DNA of 62,223 nt, filler included. It is 5 parts of 5 records of this genome, joined end to end, with 100 filler letters (N's around TTAATTAATTAA, not from the genome) between each part and the next. Parts side by side here need not be neighbours in the genome. Positions count along the whole stretch, not along the records: positions 6,814 to 20,183 come from SRR2962707_2694; positions 20,284 to 42,424 come from SRR2962707_2695; 3 more parts are not named here. One strand, written 5' to 3'. A model generated the notes under the pieces. The model was not told the DNA's origin. It ran no database searches and saw nothing but the letters and a program-made list of their open reading frames with translations. Of the stretch, positions 19,722 through 28,845 are shown one piece after another. Numbering within the stretch: the first letter of the stretch is position 1; every line of letters starts with the position of its first letter. A program made the position numbers and the translations under genes.

Positions 19722-20183
19722 TCACCCGGCTTTCGAAGCGACGAGGCCAGCAATGACATCGCGGATGCCGATGCCTTCTGCACGCGCGCTAAAGGTCAGC
19801 GCCATTCGGTGCTGCAGGATAGGCTCGGCGAGGGCGCGGACATCATCGATCGAGGGCGCGAGCCTGCCGTCATAAAGCGCGCGAGCGCGAGCACAGAGCA
19901 TCATGGCCTGGCCGGCGCGCGGTCCAGGGCCCCAGGAGACGGTTTCATCGACGCGTGCGTTGCCATGGCCGGGACGGGCAGAGCGAACCAGTTCGAGAAT
20001 GGCATCGACCACCGATTCCGGCACCGGCATCTGACGGATCAGTGTCTGGATCGCCATCAGCCGCTCCATGGTGATGGCTGGCCGGGCGACAGTTTCCTGC
20101 GCGCCGGTGGTTTCGAGAAGGATGCGGCGTTCGGCGGCCATTTCCGGATAAGGCACGTCGACCTGCATCAGGAAGCGGTCGAG
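19722..20183 (-). CDS. MoxR family AAA+ ATPase (5' truncated)
   Basis: LDRFLMQVDVPYP, WGPGPRAGQA and PILQHRM match the MoxR C-terminal lid. Confidence 0.9.
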   Translation of the reverse strand, partial: LDRFLMQVDVPYPEMAAERRILLETTGAQETVARPAITMERLMAIQTLIRQMPVPESVVDAILELVRSARPGHGNARVDETVSWGPGPRAGQAMMLCARARALYDGRLAPSIDDVRALAEPILQHRMALTFSARAEGIGIRDVIAGLVASKAG

Positions 20184-20283
20184 NNNNNNNNNNNNNNNNN
20201 NNNNNNNNNNNNNNNNNNNNNNNNNNNTTAATTAATTAANNNNNNNNNNNNNNNNNNNNNNNNNNNNNNNNNNNNNNNNNNNN
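20184..20283. other. Artificial contig spacer
   Basis: N44-TTAATTAATTAA-N44. Confidence 0.98.
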
Positions 20284-21012
20284 GGTCCAGGGGAAACACC
20301 AGCCATTGCAGTGAAACATCGGCAGCGTCCACAGGTACACCGGGTGCATGTCCATGGACCACACCGTCTGGTTGCCCAGCGCGTTGATGTAGGCACCGCG
20401 GTGGTGGTACACCACGCCTTTGGGATTACCGGTAGTGCCGGAGGTGTAGTTCAGGGAAATGGCATCCCACTCATTTTCCGGGAAACTCCACTGGAACTTC
20501 GGGTCCCCTTCCTGCAGGAAGGCCTCGTAATCCAGGTCGCTGACCTGAACGCCCTCACCATACTCAGGGTCATCCACGTCAATCACCAGCGGCTTGTGCT
20601 CCAGATGGCGCACCGCATCCTTGATCACCTGACCGAACTCCCGGTCAGCAATCACCACCTTGGCTTCGCCATGCTCCAGCATGAAGGCGATGGCTTCGGC
20701 ATCCAGGCGAACGTTCAGGGTATTGAGCACGGCACCGATCATAGGGATGCCGAAATGGCACTCCACCATGGCCGGAATGTTCGGCAGCATCACGGCAACG
20801 GTGTCGCCCCGGCCGATTCCACGGCCTTTCAGGGCAGATGCCAGGCGCAGACAGCGGTCGTAGGTTTCAGCCCAGGTGCGGCGGATAGCACCGTGGATGA
20901 TGGCCGGGTAATCCGGATACACACTGGCCGTGCGCTCGATAAAATCTATGGGGGATTGAACAGCGTAGTTCGCGTCCCGGGGCTCTAGGCCCTGGTCAAA
21001 AATCGACGTCAT
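20284..21012 (-). CDS. Acyl-CoA synthetase / AMP-binding enzyme (3' truncated)
   Basis: AMP-binding motif LNYTSGTTGNPKGV, plus YLWTLPMFHCNGWCFPW. Confidence 0.92.
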
Positions 21013-21160
21013 TGGCGTGGTCCTCTAACTCGGATGTTGTTCTTATGGCGTATTCAGAAGAATCGCTAAAGCAGCTATAATCAGCATTGCCGAAAATGGT
21101 AGACCACAGCAAAACTACTAGAAACTCTACCATGGTATTATGGGAATACTTCTATAAAAC

Positions 21161-22672
21161 ATGACAGATCCCAACAATTCTCGACAAATCAATCTCCTAC
21201 TGGACAGCGACCCGCAACCCACGCTGATTCTGGCAGCCGACGCCACGGTATCCGACTGCAACCGTACCACCCGTGAGTTGCTCACTATCAGTAAAGCACC
21301 GACACCAGATACTTTGTTACCGGTAAACACTCAGGCGCTGGTGCAGGCGGCCATCGGCCAGGGCCGGGCCATTGAGGATGTGGAGTCACGGTTCAGTGAT
21401 CGAATCGTTCTGTGGAGCTTTATTCCCCTGCCAGAGGGCACGCAGGTTCTGGTGCGCGGGCGTGATGCCACCAACGACATTCGGGATCAGGAGCAGGCGG
21501 TCCGCTCCAACCGGCTTTACCGCCTGATCACTGAAAACACCACCGACCTGATCTCTCGCCATGCCCCGGATGGCCGTTTTATCGACGCCACGCCCGCCTC
21601 CTGGCGGCTGCTCGGATACTGGCCCGAAGAGCTGCGCGGCAAAGCCCTGGAAGACGTTTTCCAGGGGGAGAATCTGGCCGAAGAGCTGGCACAAACCCGC
21701 CACCGCCTGCGGGAAGACGGCTACGCCACCCTCACTCTGGAACTCCATCACCGGGACGGCAGTCGCCGCTGGTTCGAAATTGCCAGCCGGGCCATCCGCG
21801 AGACATACACCGGTGCCGTAGTCGAAGTGATCAGTGTCTCCCGTGATATTACGGCCCGGGTAGAATCGGAAGAGCAGAACCGCCGACTGGCAGACGAGCT
21901 GGCCCATACCGCCCGCCTCGCCACCCTGGGCGAGCTCGCCTCGAGCATTGCTCATGAAATGAACCAGCCGCTGGCCTCCATCGTCAATTTCGCCAGCGCC
22001 AGCCAGCGTTTTCTCAAGGAAGCGGACAAACATCCGGACCGTCTGCTGAAAGTGGACGACGGTCTGCAGAAGATCGTACATCATGCCAACCGGGCCTCAG
22101 AAGTCATCAAACGGCTACGAGCTTTCCTGCGCAAGGGCCAGAAGCGCATGGCACCGGTCTCGCTCAATGCCGTTATCAGCGACGTAGTGAAACTGTGCCA
22201 GTGGGAAGCTGAAAAAAACGGGGTCCGGTTACAGGAGTATCTGGCCGCCGATTCTCCCGTGATTACCGCAGACCCGGTTCTGCTGGAGCAGGTGTTGATC
22301 AACCTGGTCCGTAACGGCATAGAAGCCAATGTCGAAGCCCGTGGCGAAACCGGCCGGCTGTCCCATATCGTGGTGACCACCTGCATCAACGATCAGCGCG
22401 AAACCCTGATCCAGGTCACCGACGAGGGCACGGGCCTGGATGACGAAGGCATACGCCAGATGTTTCAGCCGTTTTTCACCAGCAAACCCAAAGGCCTGGG
22501 GCTCGGGCTGTCCATGAGCCGCTCCATTATCGAAGGTTTTGGCGGCTTTCTCGACGCCATACCCGCCGAAACCGGCGGGCTGTCATTGATCTGCCGGTTT
22601 CCGCCCAACCAGCACCGGCTCGCCCCAAATCGCACCGCAGATTTCGCACATTCGCCAGGAGAAAAACCCTGA
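21161..22672 (+). CDS. PAS-domain sensor histidine kinase (cytoplasmic, FixL/NtrB-like)
   Basis: PAS region (LITENTTDLIS...RDITAR), H-box IAHEMNQPL, N-box QVLINLVRN, DEGTG, FQPFFTSK and GLGLGL. No TM segment seen. Confidence 0.92.
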   Translation: MTDPNNSRQINLLLDSDPQPTLILAADATVSDCNRTTRELLTISKAPTPDTLLPVNTQALVQAAIGQGRAIEDVESRFSDRIVLWSFIPLPEGTQVLVRGRDATNDIRDQEQAVRSNRLYRLITENTTDLISRHAPDGRFIDATPASWRLLGYWPEELRGKALEDVFQGENLAEELAQTRHRLREDGYATLTLELHHRDGSRRWFEIASRAIRETYTGAVVEVISVSRDITARVESEEQNRRLADELAHTARLATLGELASSIAHEMNQPLASIVNFASASQRFLKEADKHPDRLLKVDDGLQKIVHHANRASEVIKRLRAFLRKGQKRMAPVSLNAVISDVVKLCQWEAEKNGVRLQEYLAADSPVITADPVLLEQVLINLVRNGIEANVEARGETGRLSHIVVTTCINDQRETLIQVTDEGTGLDDEGIRQMFQPFFTSKPKGLGLGLSMSRSIIEGFGGFLDAIPAETGGLSLICRFPPNQHRLAPNRTADFAHSPGEKP

Positions 22673-23322
22673 TGCCAGACACGCACAACACGGTCTACGT
22701 GGTCGACGACGACGCCGGCATGCTTGAATCCACCCAGTGGCTACTGGAATCAGTGGGGCTGAAGGTGAAAGCCTACAGCGATGGCCGCCAGTTTCTGGAT
22801 GCGGTGGAAGACCAGCGCCCTGGCTGCGTGGTTCTGGATATCCGTATGCCGGGGCTGGGGGGATTGAACGTACAGGAAGAGTTGCAGAAACGAGGCCTGG
22901 ACGTGCCGATCATCTTTGTTTCCGGCCACGCCGACGTGCCCATTGTGGTAAGGGCCTTCAAGTCCGGGGCTTTTGACTTCATCGAAAAACCATTCAACGA
23001 ACAATTGTTGCTGGACAGTGTGCAACAAGCCCTTCAGGACGCCGACGATCCTGTACCAAACGCAACGCCTGCTGCCAGTACCGAAGCATTGATTGCCAGC
23101 ATGACCCGCCGGGAAAAGGATGTATTCCTGCCCCTGGCCCAGGGTTACACCAGCAAGGAAATTGCCGAGCAGTTGGATGTCAGCGTCAAGACCATCGACC
23201 TGTACCGGGCCCGGGTGATGAAGCGCCTTGGTGCAGAGCGTCTGCCAGACGTGACCGGCCTGGCCATTGCCGCGGGTCTGTTGAACCCCCTCGAACTCAG
23301 GCAGCCCGCTCAGCCAGAATGA
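22672..23322 (+). CDS. FixJ/LuxR family response regulator
   Basis: Receiver motifs VVDDD, LDIRMPG and FIEKPF. C-terminal HTH TRREKDV...SKEIAEQLDVSVKTI. Confidence 0.92.
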   Translation: MPDTHNTVYVVDDDAGMLESTQWLLESVGLKVKAYSDGRQFLDAVEDQRPGCVVLDIRMPGLGGLNVQEELQKRGLDVPIIFVSGHADVPIVVRAFKSGAFDFIEKPFNEQLLLDSVQQALQDADDPVPNATPAASTEALIASMTRREKDVFLPLAQGYTSKEIAEQLDVSVKTIDLYRARVMKRLGAERLPDVTGLAIAAGLLNPLELRQPAQPE

Positions 23323-24725
23323 CGCTGGACTTCGTGGGCCAGGGAGCCAAGTCGTATCACCGCGGTCTCCAGCCGGTCTGTCCAGGGATTGCCACCGTTC
23401 AGTCGCAGGCAGTTCTCGAACTTGTTGGTGGTTGAGAACATCAGCCCCGGTGCCACGTTGATGTTTTCGGCCCGGGCGCGCCGATACACTTCAGTACCGG
23501 ACACACCGTCCGGCAGCTGCACCCAGAGCACGAACCCTCCCTGTGGCCGGCTGACCGCCGTGCCCTCCGGGAACGACCGGGCCACGGACGAACGCAGCCG
23601 TTCGGTCGCCTCACGGTAGTGTTGGCGGGCAGCGCGCAAATAACGATCGTAACCACCCTGCTCCAGAAAATGCGCCACCGCCAACTGAGGAATGGATGAG
23701 GTTGCCAGGTTCACAAAATATTTGTGCTGGCGGGCACTGGCCATGTGTCGACCGGGGATCATCCAGCCCAGTCTCAGGCCCGGTGAAATGGTTTTGGAGA
23801 AGGAGCTGCAGTAGATCACGTTATCGGCGCGATCAAAAGCCTTGGCCGGCCGCGGGCGCTCACCCGTGTGGTACAGATCGCCATAGATATCGTCTTCAAT
23901 CAACGGCACATTGGCGGCCGCCAGCATGGCCACCAGTTGTTGCTTGCGCTCGTCCGTCATCCTGGCACCCATAGGATTACTGTGATTCGGCACCACCACG
24001 CAGGCTTTCAGAGGCCACTGCTCCAGGGCCAGCTGAAGCCCCTCCAGGCTGATACCATCGGAGGGATGGGTTGGAATCTCAATCACCCGGAGCCCCACCA
24101 CTTCCAGCGCCTGCAGGATTCCCGGAAAGGAAGGCGATTCCACGGCCACAATGTCGCCGGGCTGGGTGACCGCTCGCAGAGCCAGGATGATGGCCTCCTG
24201 GGCACCATTGGTGGCTAGTACATCGTCTGGCGAGATCGGCACGCCGAGGCTCGCCATGCGCTGGGCAATCTGCCGGCGAAAGGATTCCTTGCCGGGGAAG
24301 GCGTAGTCCAGGGTTTCCAGGCCCCGCCGGGCAGCCCACAGGGTGCTCTGCTGGATCTGCCGCAGCGGCAGGTAATCCGGGTGTGGTATGGCGGTTGCCA
24401 ACGGCACCATGCGCTTCTGCTCGTCCGCGCACAGATCCAGTGTCATTTCCCGGGCAGACACCGGCAGCGGCTGGCTGCGTTGTTCCGACATTCTGGGTTC
24501 CGGCACGTCCCTGGCAGGCAACCTTACGAAATAGCCACTACGCTCCCTGGCCTGCAGATAGCCACGGGCTTCCAGCGTCTGGTGGGCCTGAAGCACTGTG
24601 GAAATGCTGACACCAAACTGACGGCTGAGCACCCGAACCCCGGGCAAACGCTCACCCTCCCGGTAAACGCCATCACGGATCAGCCCCTGCAGCTGATCTG
24701 CTACCTGGTTATAAAGCACACCCAT
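23310..24725 (-). CDS. MocR/GabR (GntR + PLP aminotransferase) transcriptional regulator, YdcR-like
   Basis: wHTH LYNQVA...RLPGVRVL...VSISTV...LEARG; aminotransferase motifs IEDDIY and SFSKTISPGLRLGW (PLP Lys). ATG at 24725 follows GGGAGA. Confidence 0.92.
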   Translation of the reverse strand: MGVLYNQVADQLQGLIRDGVYREGERLPGVRVLSRQFGVSISTVLQAHQTLEARGYLQARERSGYFVRLPARDVPEPRMSEQRSQPLPVSAREMTLDLCADEQKRMVPLATAIPHPDYLPLRQIQQSTLWAARRGLETLDYAFPGKESFRRQIAQRMASLGVPISPDDVLATNGAQEAIILALRAVTQPGDIVAVESPSFPGILQALEVVGLRVIEIPTHPSDGISLEGLQLALEQWPLKACVVVPNHSNPMGARMTDERKQQLVAMLAAANVPLIEDDIYGDLYHTGERPRPAKAFDRADNVIYCSSFSKTISPGLRLGWMIPGRHMASARQHKYFVNLATSSIPQLAVAHFLEQGGYDRYLRAARQHYREATERLRSSVARSFPEGTAVSRPQGGFVLWVQLPDGVSGTEVYRRARAENINVAPGLMFSTTNKFENCLRLNGGNPWTDRLETAVIRLGSLAHEVQRHSG

Positions 24726-24790
24726 GGTCTTCTCCCTGTTTGCAGTGGCCAATCGAGGTCTATTGCAGCAGATCCGGCGCCAATTCAGGC

Positions 24791-24875
24791 AGTACAGATT
24801 GGCTACTTTTCGGCCAGCACAGTTCAGATTATAGATCATCTGTACCGATTCAATGCCTGGTTAACTGAATCTGTT
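24791..24875. promoter_or_regulatory. Direct/inverted repeat array, probable MocR operator
   Basis: AGTACAGATT (24791) and AGTTCAGATT (24821) are direct repeats. ATCTGTAC (24838) and AATCTGTT (24868) are inverted copies. All lie in the divergent intergenic region. Confidence 0.6.
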
Positions 24876-24930
24876 ATGGCAACACGGATAGGCGAACAAT
24901 AGAGCCATCCACTGAAGAAGGAGTTTCACC

Positions 24931-25236
24931 ATGGCACAGGTACAGAAAACCCACGAGCGCTTTAATCAACAACCGGACAGATCCAGAGCCAGTCAGAAAG
25001 ACCTGTTCAACCTTGTCGGAGCAGACGCTACCACAGGCAACGGCCTTCACCTGAAAACCATACAAGGCCTGGCCCGAGAGGGCATCCGGGTAATCCCGGC
25101 CGGCCACAACCACTGGATTCTCACCGGCAACCGCCCGCTGCCGGAAGTCCACTGCTACAGTGAGCAGGAATTACAGCGCTTCGCCCATTCGCGAGCCAGA
25201 CATTATCTGACCAACCCCAACAGGGAGAGCCTATGA
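24931..25236 (+). CDS. Hypothetical protein (101 aa)
   Basis: Strong RBS AAGGAG before the ATG and an ATGA overlap with phzF. No domain recognised. Confidence 0.7.
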   Translation: MAQVQKTHERFNQQPDRSRASQKDLFNLVGADATTGNGLHLKTIQGLAREGIRVIPAGHNHWILTGNRPLPEVHCYSEQELQRFAHSRARHYLTNPNRESL

Positions 25237-26042
25237 ACACCACACCGATTTATCAGATCGATGCCTTTACCAGCACCCTGTTCGGCGGTAATCCGGCGGC
25301 CGTCATGCCGCTGGACCAATGGCTGCCAGACGAGCAGATGCAGGCAATAGCGCTGGAGAACAACCTGTCGGAAACCGCGTTTCTGGTGCCGTTGCCGGAG
25401 TCTGGGCCGGCGGATTTTCACATCCGCTGGTTCACCCCTGCGGTGGAAGTGCCGCTGTGCGGCCATGCCACACTGGCCTCAGCGTGGGTGGTGTTCAACC
25501 GACTGAGCTGGCCGGCCGACACCGTGCATTTTCACTCCAGAAGTGGTCCATTCGCCGTTACCCGCCGGGCAGAAGGCTGGCTGGAGCTGGATTTCCCGAA
25601 TCTGCCTTTCGAGCACAGGCCAACGCCGGCGCTGATTCTGGAGGCTTTGCCCGGGGCGCCGGCCGAGTCTTTCTACGTGCCTAACGACACCAATTACATG
25701 GTGGTGCTGGGCTCCGAAGACGAGGTGCGGAGCGCAACTCCGGACAACCGCAAACTGGCCGAGCTGGGTAACCAGGGCCTGATTGTGACCGCCCCGGGAA
25801 CGGACTGCGATTTTGTCAGCCGGTATTTCGCTCCCGGCGCCGGTATCGACGAGGACCCCGTGACTGGCTCCATCCACAGCGTGTTGGTGCCCTACTGGGC
25901 TGAGAGGCTCGGAAAAACGGAGCTCAGGGCTCGCCAGGTTTCTGCCCGCGGCGGCGAACTGCGCTGCGAGCTCCGGGGCGAGCGGGTGGCCATTTCTGGC
26001 CGTGCAGCCTTCTACATGGAAGGCTCCGTTCACCTGCCGTGA
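25233..26042 (+). CDS. PhzF / DAP-epimerase-fold isomerase (YddE-like)
   Basis: Motifs QIDAF, GGNPAAV, NLSETAF, RWFTP, LCGHATLA and EDPVTGS. Confidence 0.92.
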   Translation: MNTTPIYQIDAFTSTLFGGNPAAVMPLDQWLPDEQMQAIALENNLSETAFLVPLPESGPADFHIRWFTPAVEVPLCGHATLASAWVVFNRLSWPADTVHFHSRSGPFAVTRRAEGWLELDFPNLPFEHRPTPALILEALPGAPAESFYVPNDTNYMVVLGSEDEVRSATPDNRKLAELGNQGLIVTAPGTDCDFVSRYFAPGAGIDEDPVTGSIHSVLVPYWAERLGKTELRARQVSARGGELRCELRGERVAISGRAAFYMEGSVHLP

Positions 26043-26087
26043 GGCTGGTATACTGCCCGGCGTTTTTCACCAACGGCGGGTAGTATC

Positions 26088-27278
26088 ATGGCAGGTTCAT
26101 CCTCAGCGTATGACGTAATCATCATCGGCGCCGGCGCAGCAGGGCTGATGTGTGCGGCAACCGCCGGCTACCGTGGTCGGCGTGTGCTGGTGCTGGACCA
26201 TGCCAACAAACCGGGCAAGAAGATCCTGATGTCCGGCGGCGGGCGCTGCAATTTCACCAACCTGAACAGCACACCCGCCAACTTCCTCTCGGACAATCCC
26301 CATTACTGTATCTCAGCGTTGAAGCGGTACACTCCCCAGGATTTCCTCGAACTGGTGGATCGACACGGCGTCGAGTACGAGGAGAAAGCGCCCGGTCAGT
26401 TGTTCTGCCGGGACAGCGCCAAAGACGTCCTCAATGTTCTGCTGACCGAATGTGAATGGGCGGGCGCGGAGATCCGACTGAAGACCCAGATTCAGAAAGT
26501 ACGGGAAGCGAACGGTGCCTATCAGGTTGTGACTGGCAGCGGCGTGCTGAGCTGCGAATCTCTTGTGGTTGCCTGCGGCGGCCTGTCCATTCCCACCATG
26601 GGCGCGACCGGATTCGGTTATGAGCTCGCCAGAAAATTCGGGTTGAACATTCTGCCGACCCGGGCCGGGCTGGTGCCCTTTACCCTGCAACCGGAGCTGA
26701 AACAGCAACTGGCACCACTCTCGGGCGTCAGTTGCCCTGTGGATGCCCACTGCCACAACCAGCATTTCCGCGAGCCCATGCTGGTGACGCACCGGGGGCT
26801 GAGTGGCCCGGCCATGTTGCAGGTGTCCAGCTACTGGCGGCCGGGGGATGAGGTGCACATCAACCTGTTGCCCGGCCTGCGTATTCAGGAGGACCTGCTG
26901 GCACTTCGCAGGCAAAAGCCGCAATCCACTCTGGCGCAGTATCTCAACCAGCATCTGCCCAAACGTTTTGCCCAGGCATTTAATGAACTTCAGGGCTGGC
27001 AGGGCCCACTTCAAGGCTGCAGCAATCAGGACATCGAGCAGATTGCCGACACTCTGGGCAACTGGACGGTGAAACCGGCCGGCACCGAAGGTTATCGAAC
27101 CGCAGAAGTGACCCTGGGCGGAGTTGATACACGCCAACTCTCCTCCAAAACCATGGCGGTTCTGGATCGGCCGAACCTGTTCTTTATTGGCGAAGTGGTG
27201 GACGTGACCGGGCACCTGGGTGGTCACAATTTCCAGTGGGCCTGGGCGTCTGGTGTGGCTGCCGGCAACGAGGCCTGA
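26088..27278 (+). CDS. HI0933/YhiN family flavoprotein (possible 23S rRNA dihydrouridine synthase RdsA ortholog)
   Basis: Motifs GAGAAG, GKKILMSGGGRCNFTN, GGLSIP, THRGLSGP, AEVTLGGV and GEVVDVTGHLGGHNFQWAWASG. Confidence 0.9.
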   Translation: MAGSSSAYDVIIIGAGAAGLMCAATAGYRGRRVLVLDHANKPGKKILMSGGGRCNFTNLNSTPANFLSDNPHYCISALKRYTPQDFLELVDRHGVEYEEKAPGQLFCRDSAKDVLNVLLTECEWAGAEIRLKTQIQKVREANGAYQVVTGSGVLSCESLVVACGGLSIPTMGATGFGYELARKFGLNILPTRAGLVPFTLQPELKQQLAPLSGVSCPVDAHCHNQHFREPMLVTHRGLSGPAMLQVSSYWRPGDEVHINLLPGLRIQEDLLALRRQKPQSTLAQYLNQHLPKRFAQAFNELQGWQGPLQGCSNQDIEQIADTLGNWTVKPAGTEGYRTAEVTLGGVDTRQLSSKTMAVLDRPNLFFIGEVVDVTGHLGGHNFQWAWASGVAAGNEA

Positions 27279-27284
27279 GCCCCG

Positions 27285-28805
27285 CTACAGGTATTTCTCG
27301 ATAGGCAACCACGACAGCATCCGCGACATGGCCCGGCGCCAGAAACCCACCTCCGGCTCGTGCTGCACCTCCTGCCCTTCTGACCGCCAGACCAGCTCAT
27401 CCTGGCCATTCAGCTCAACCCGCCAGCTGTTCCGGGGCTCCATGGCGTAACGGATATCGTCCGCCACGGCATCCGCGAGCTCTGGGCTTTTGATCACCAG
27501 CACCGTCTCGCCATTGAGATAGATGGAACGAAGATTCACGTTAAAGGACCCGACAAACAGGGTTTCCCGATCAAACACCACCGCTTTGGAATGAAGGCTT
27601 ACCTCACCGCCTTCACAGGCTGCACTGGCGGCCACCCAACGTTGGCATGCAGGGGCATCCGGTCGTAATTCGTGTAGCTCAATACCCTGCTCCAACATCG
27701 CCCGGCGCCACCGTGCGTATCCGGAGTGGTTGGTAACCAGATCATTGGTGGCCAGCGAATTGGTCAGGGCGGCAACCTGTAAACGACCTCTGCCAATGTC
27801 GCTCATGGCACTGAGCTGATGGTCAGTCAGGATCAGATACGCCGATTCAATAAGAATCTCGGACCGGGCACCGTCCACCAGGTCATACAGGGTTTGCGCG
27901 GTTCGCTGGGGAGCCTCTGCGGGGGCATCCGGGTCTTCGGGAGGCGGATCAAACACCAGTTCGGCGGGTGCGGAAACGGTGTTGGCAAACAAGGTCTCCA
28001 GATAGGTTCTTGCCGTTTGCCGGTTTCCTGGGGGCTCGATCTGGTAATGCCGCGAGGCGGCAGATTCAATCAGGACGCTGAGCTTCGGTTGTGCCTGTTC
28101 AGGCTTGGGATAAAGCTCTACCAGCGGCAAGGTCCAGGGACTGTCCCAGTAGGCCTCGAAATTGGCGGTCATGTCCCCCGCCAACGGCCCCAGCACCAGA
28201 ACATCGCGATCCCGGAAGTTCAGTGTCGGATGCTGATCGAAGTACTCATCCCCGATGTTCCTGCCCCCGGCAATACCCACAAGACCATCCACCACAAAGG
28301 TTTTGTTGTGCATGCGCCGGTTGATGCGATCAAAGTCAGTGATAAACGAGAGCCAGCGACCGAATCCATCCCGGGACCGGGATGGATTGAAAATACGCAC
28401 ACGGATATTGGCGTGGGCATCCAGCAAGGCGAACAGGGATTCCTTGCCAGCAACATTAATGTCATCCAGCAGCAGGCGAATCACCACCCCGCGATCTGCG
28501 GCCGCAACCAGACGGCTGGCCAAGTAACGCCCACTGTCATCATCGTTCCAGATGTAATACTGGGCGTCGATGCGCTGGCTGGCAGTCTCGATCAGTGCGG
28601 CCCGGGCCAGAAAGGCATCCTGGCCTGTGTTCAGCAGCTTCACCGCCGGCAGCCCGGCGCCGACCCGCTCCTGGCTCTGCGACTGCAGAAAAGCGTCTGG
28701 CTCCGAGGCGACCGGTATTGCCGGCCCGTGTTCCATCGGCTTGATCCCTCCTGCACAGCCAGCAAGGACAACCAGGGATATCAGGGTCAATAACCTTCTG
28801 ATCAT
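27285..28805 (-). CDS. Phospholipase D family protein (ClsC/YmdC-like), predicted lipoprotein
   Basis: Two HKD motifs (RMHNKTFVVD, LHSKAVVFD), GGRNIGDEYF and NSLATND. The signal peptide ends in the lipobox LAGC. Confidence 0.88.
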   Translation of the reverse strand: MIRRLLTLISLVVLAGCAGGIKPMEHGPAIPVASEPDAFLQSQSQERVGAGLPAVKLLNTGQDAFLARAALIETASQRIDAQYYIWNDDDSGRYLASRLVAAADRGVVIRLLLDDINVAGKESLFALLDAHANIRVRIFNPSRSRDGFGRWLSFITDFDRINRRMHNKTFVVDGLVGIAGGRNIGDEYFDQHPTLNFRDRDVLVLGPLAGDMTANFEAYWDSPWTLPLVELYPKPEQAQPKLSVLIESAASRHYQIEPPGNRQTARTYLETLFANTVSAPAELVFDPPPEDPDAPAEAPQRTAQTLYDLVDGARSEILIESAYLILTDHQLSAMSDIGRGRLQVAALTNSLATNDLVTNHSGYARWRRAMLEQGIELHELRPDAPACQRWVAASAACEGGEVSLHSKAVVFDRETLFVGSFNVNLRSIYLNGETVLVIKSPELADAVADDIRYAMEPRNSWRVELNGQDELVWRSEGQEVQHEPEVGFWRRAMSRMLSWLPIEKYL

Positions 28806-28845
28806 CGGCTTCCCCTCTCGGCTGCCTGTGAGCAATGGTTGCTCC

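Noticed and set aside
25233..26042. Phenazine biosynthesis cluster
   Set aside because: Only a lone PhzF-fold gene is present, with no phzA/B, D, E or G. Stand-alone homologs are widespread.
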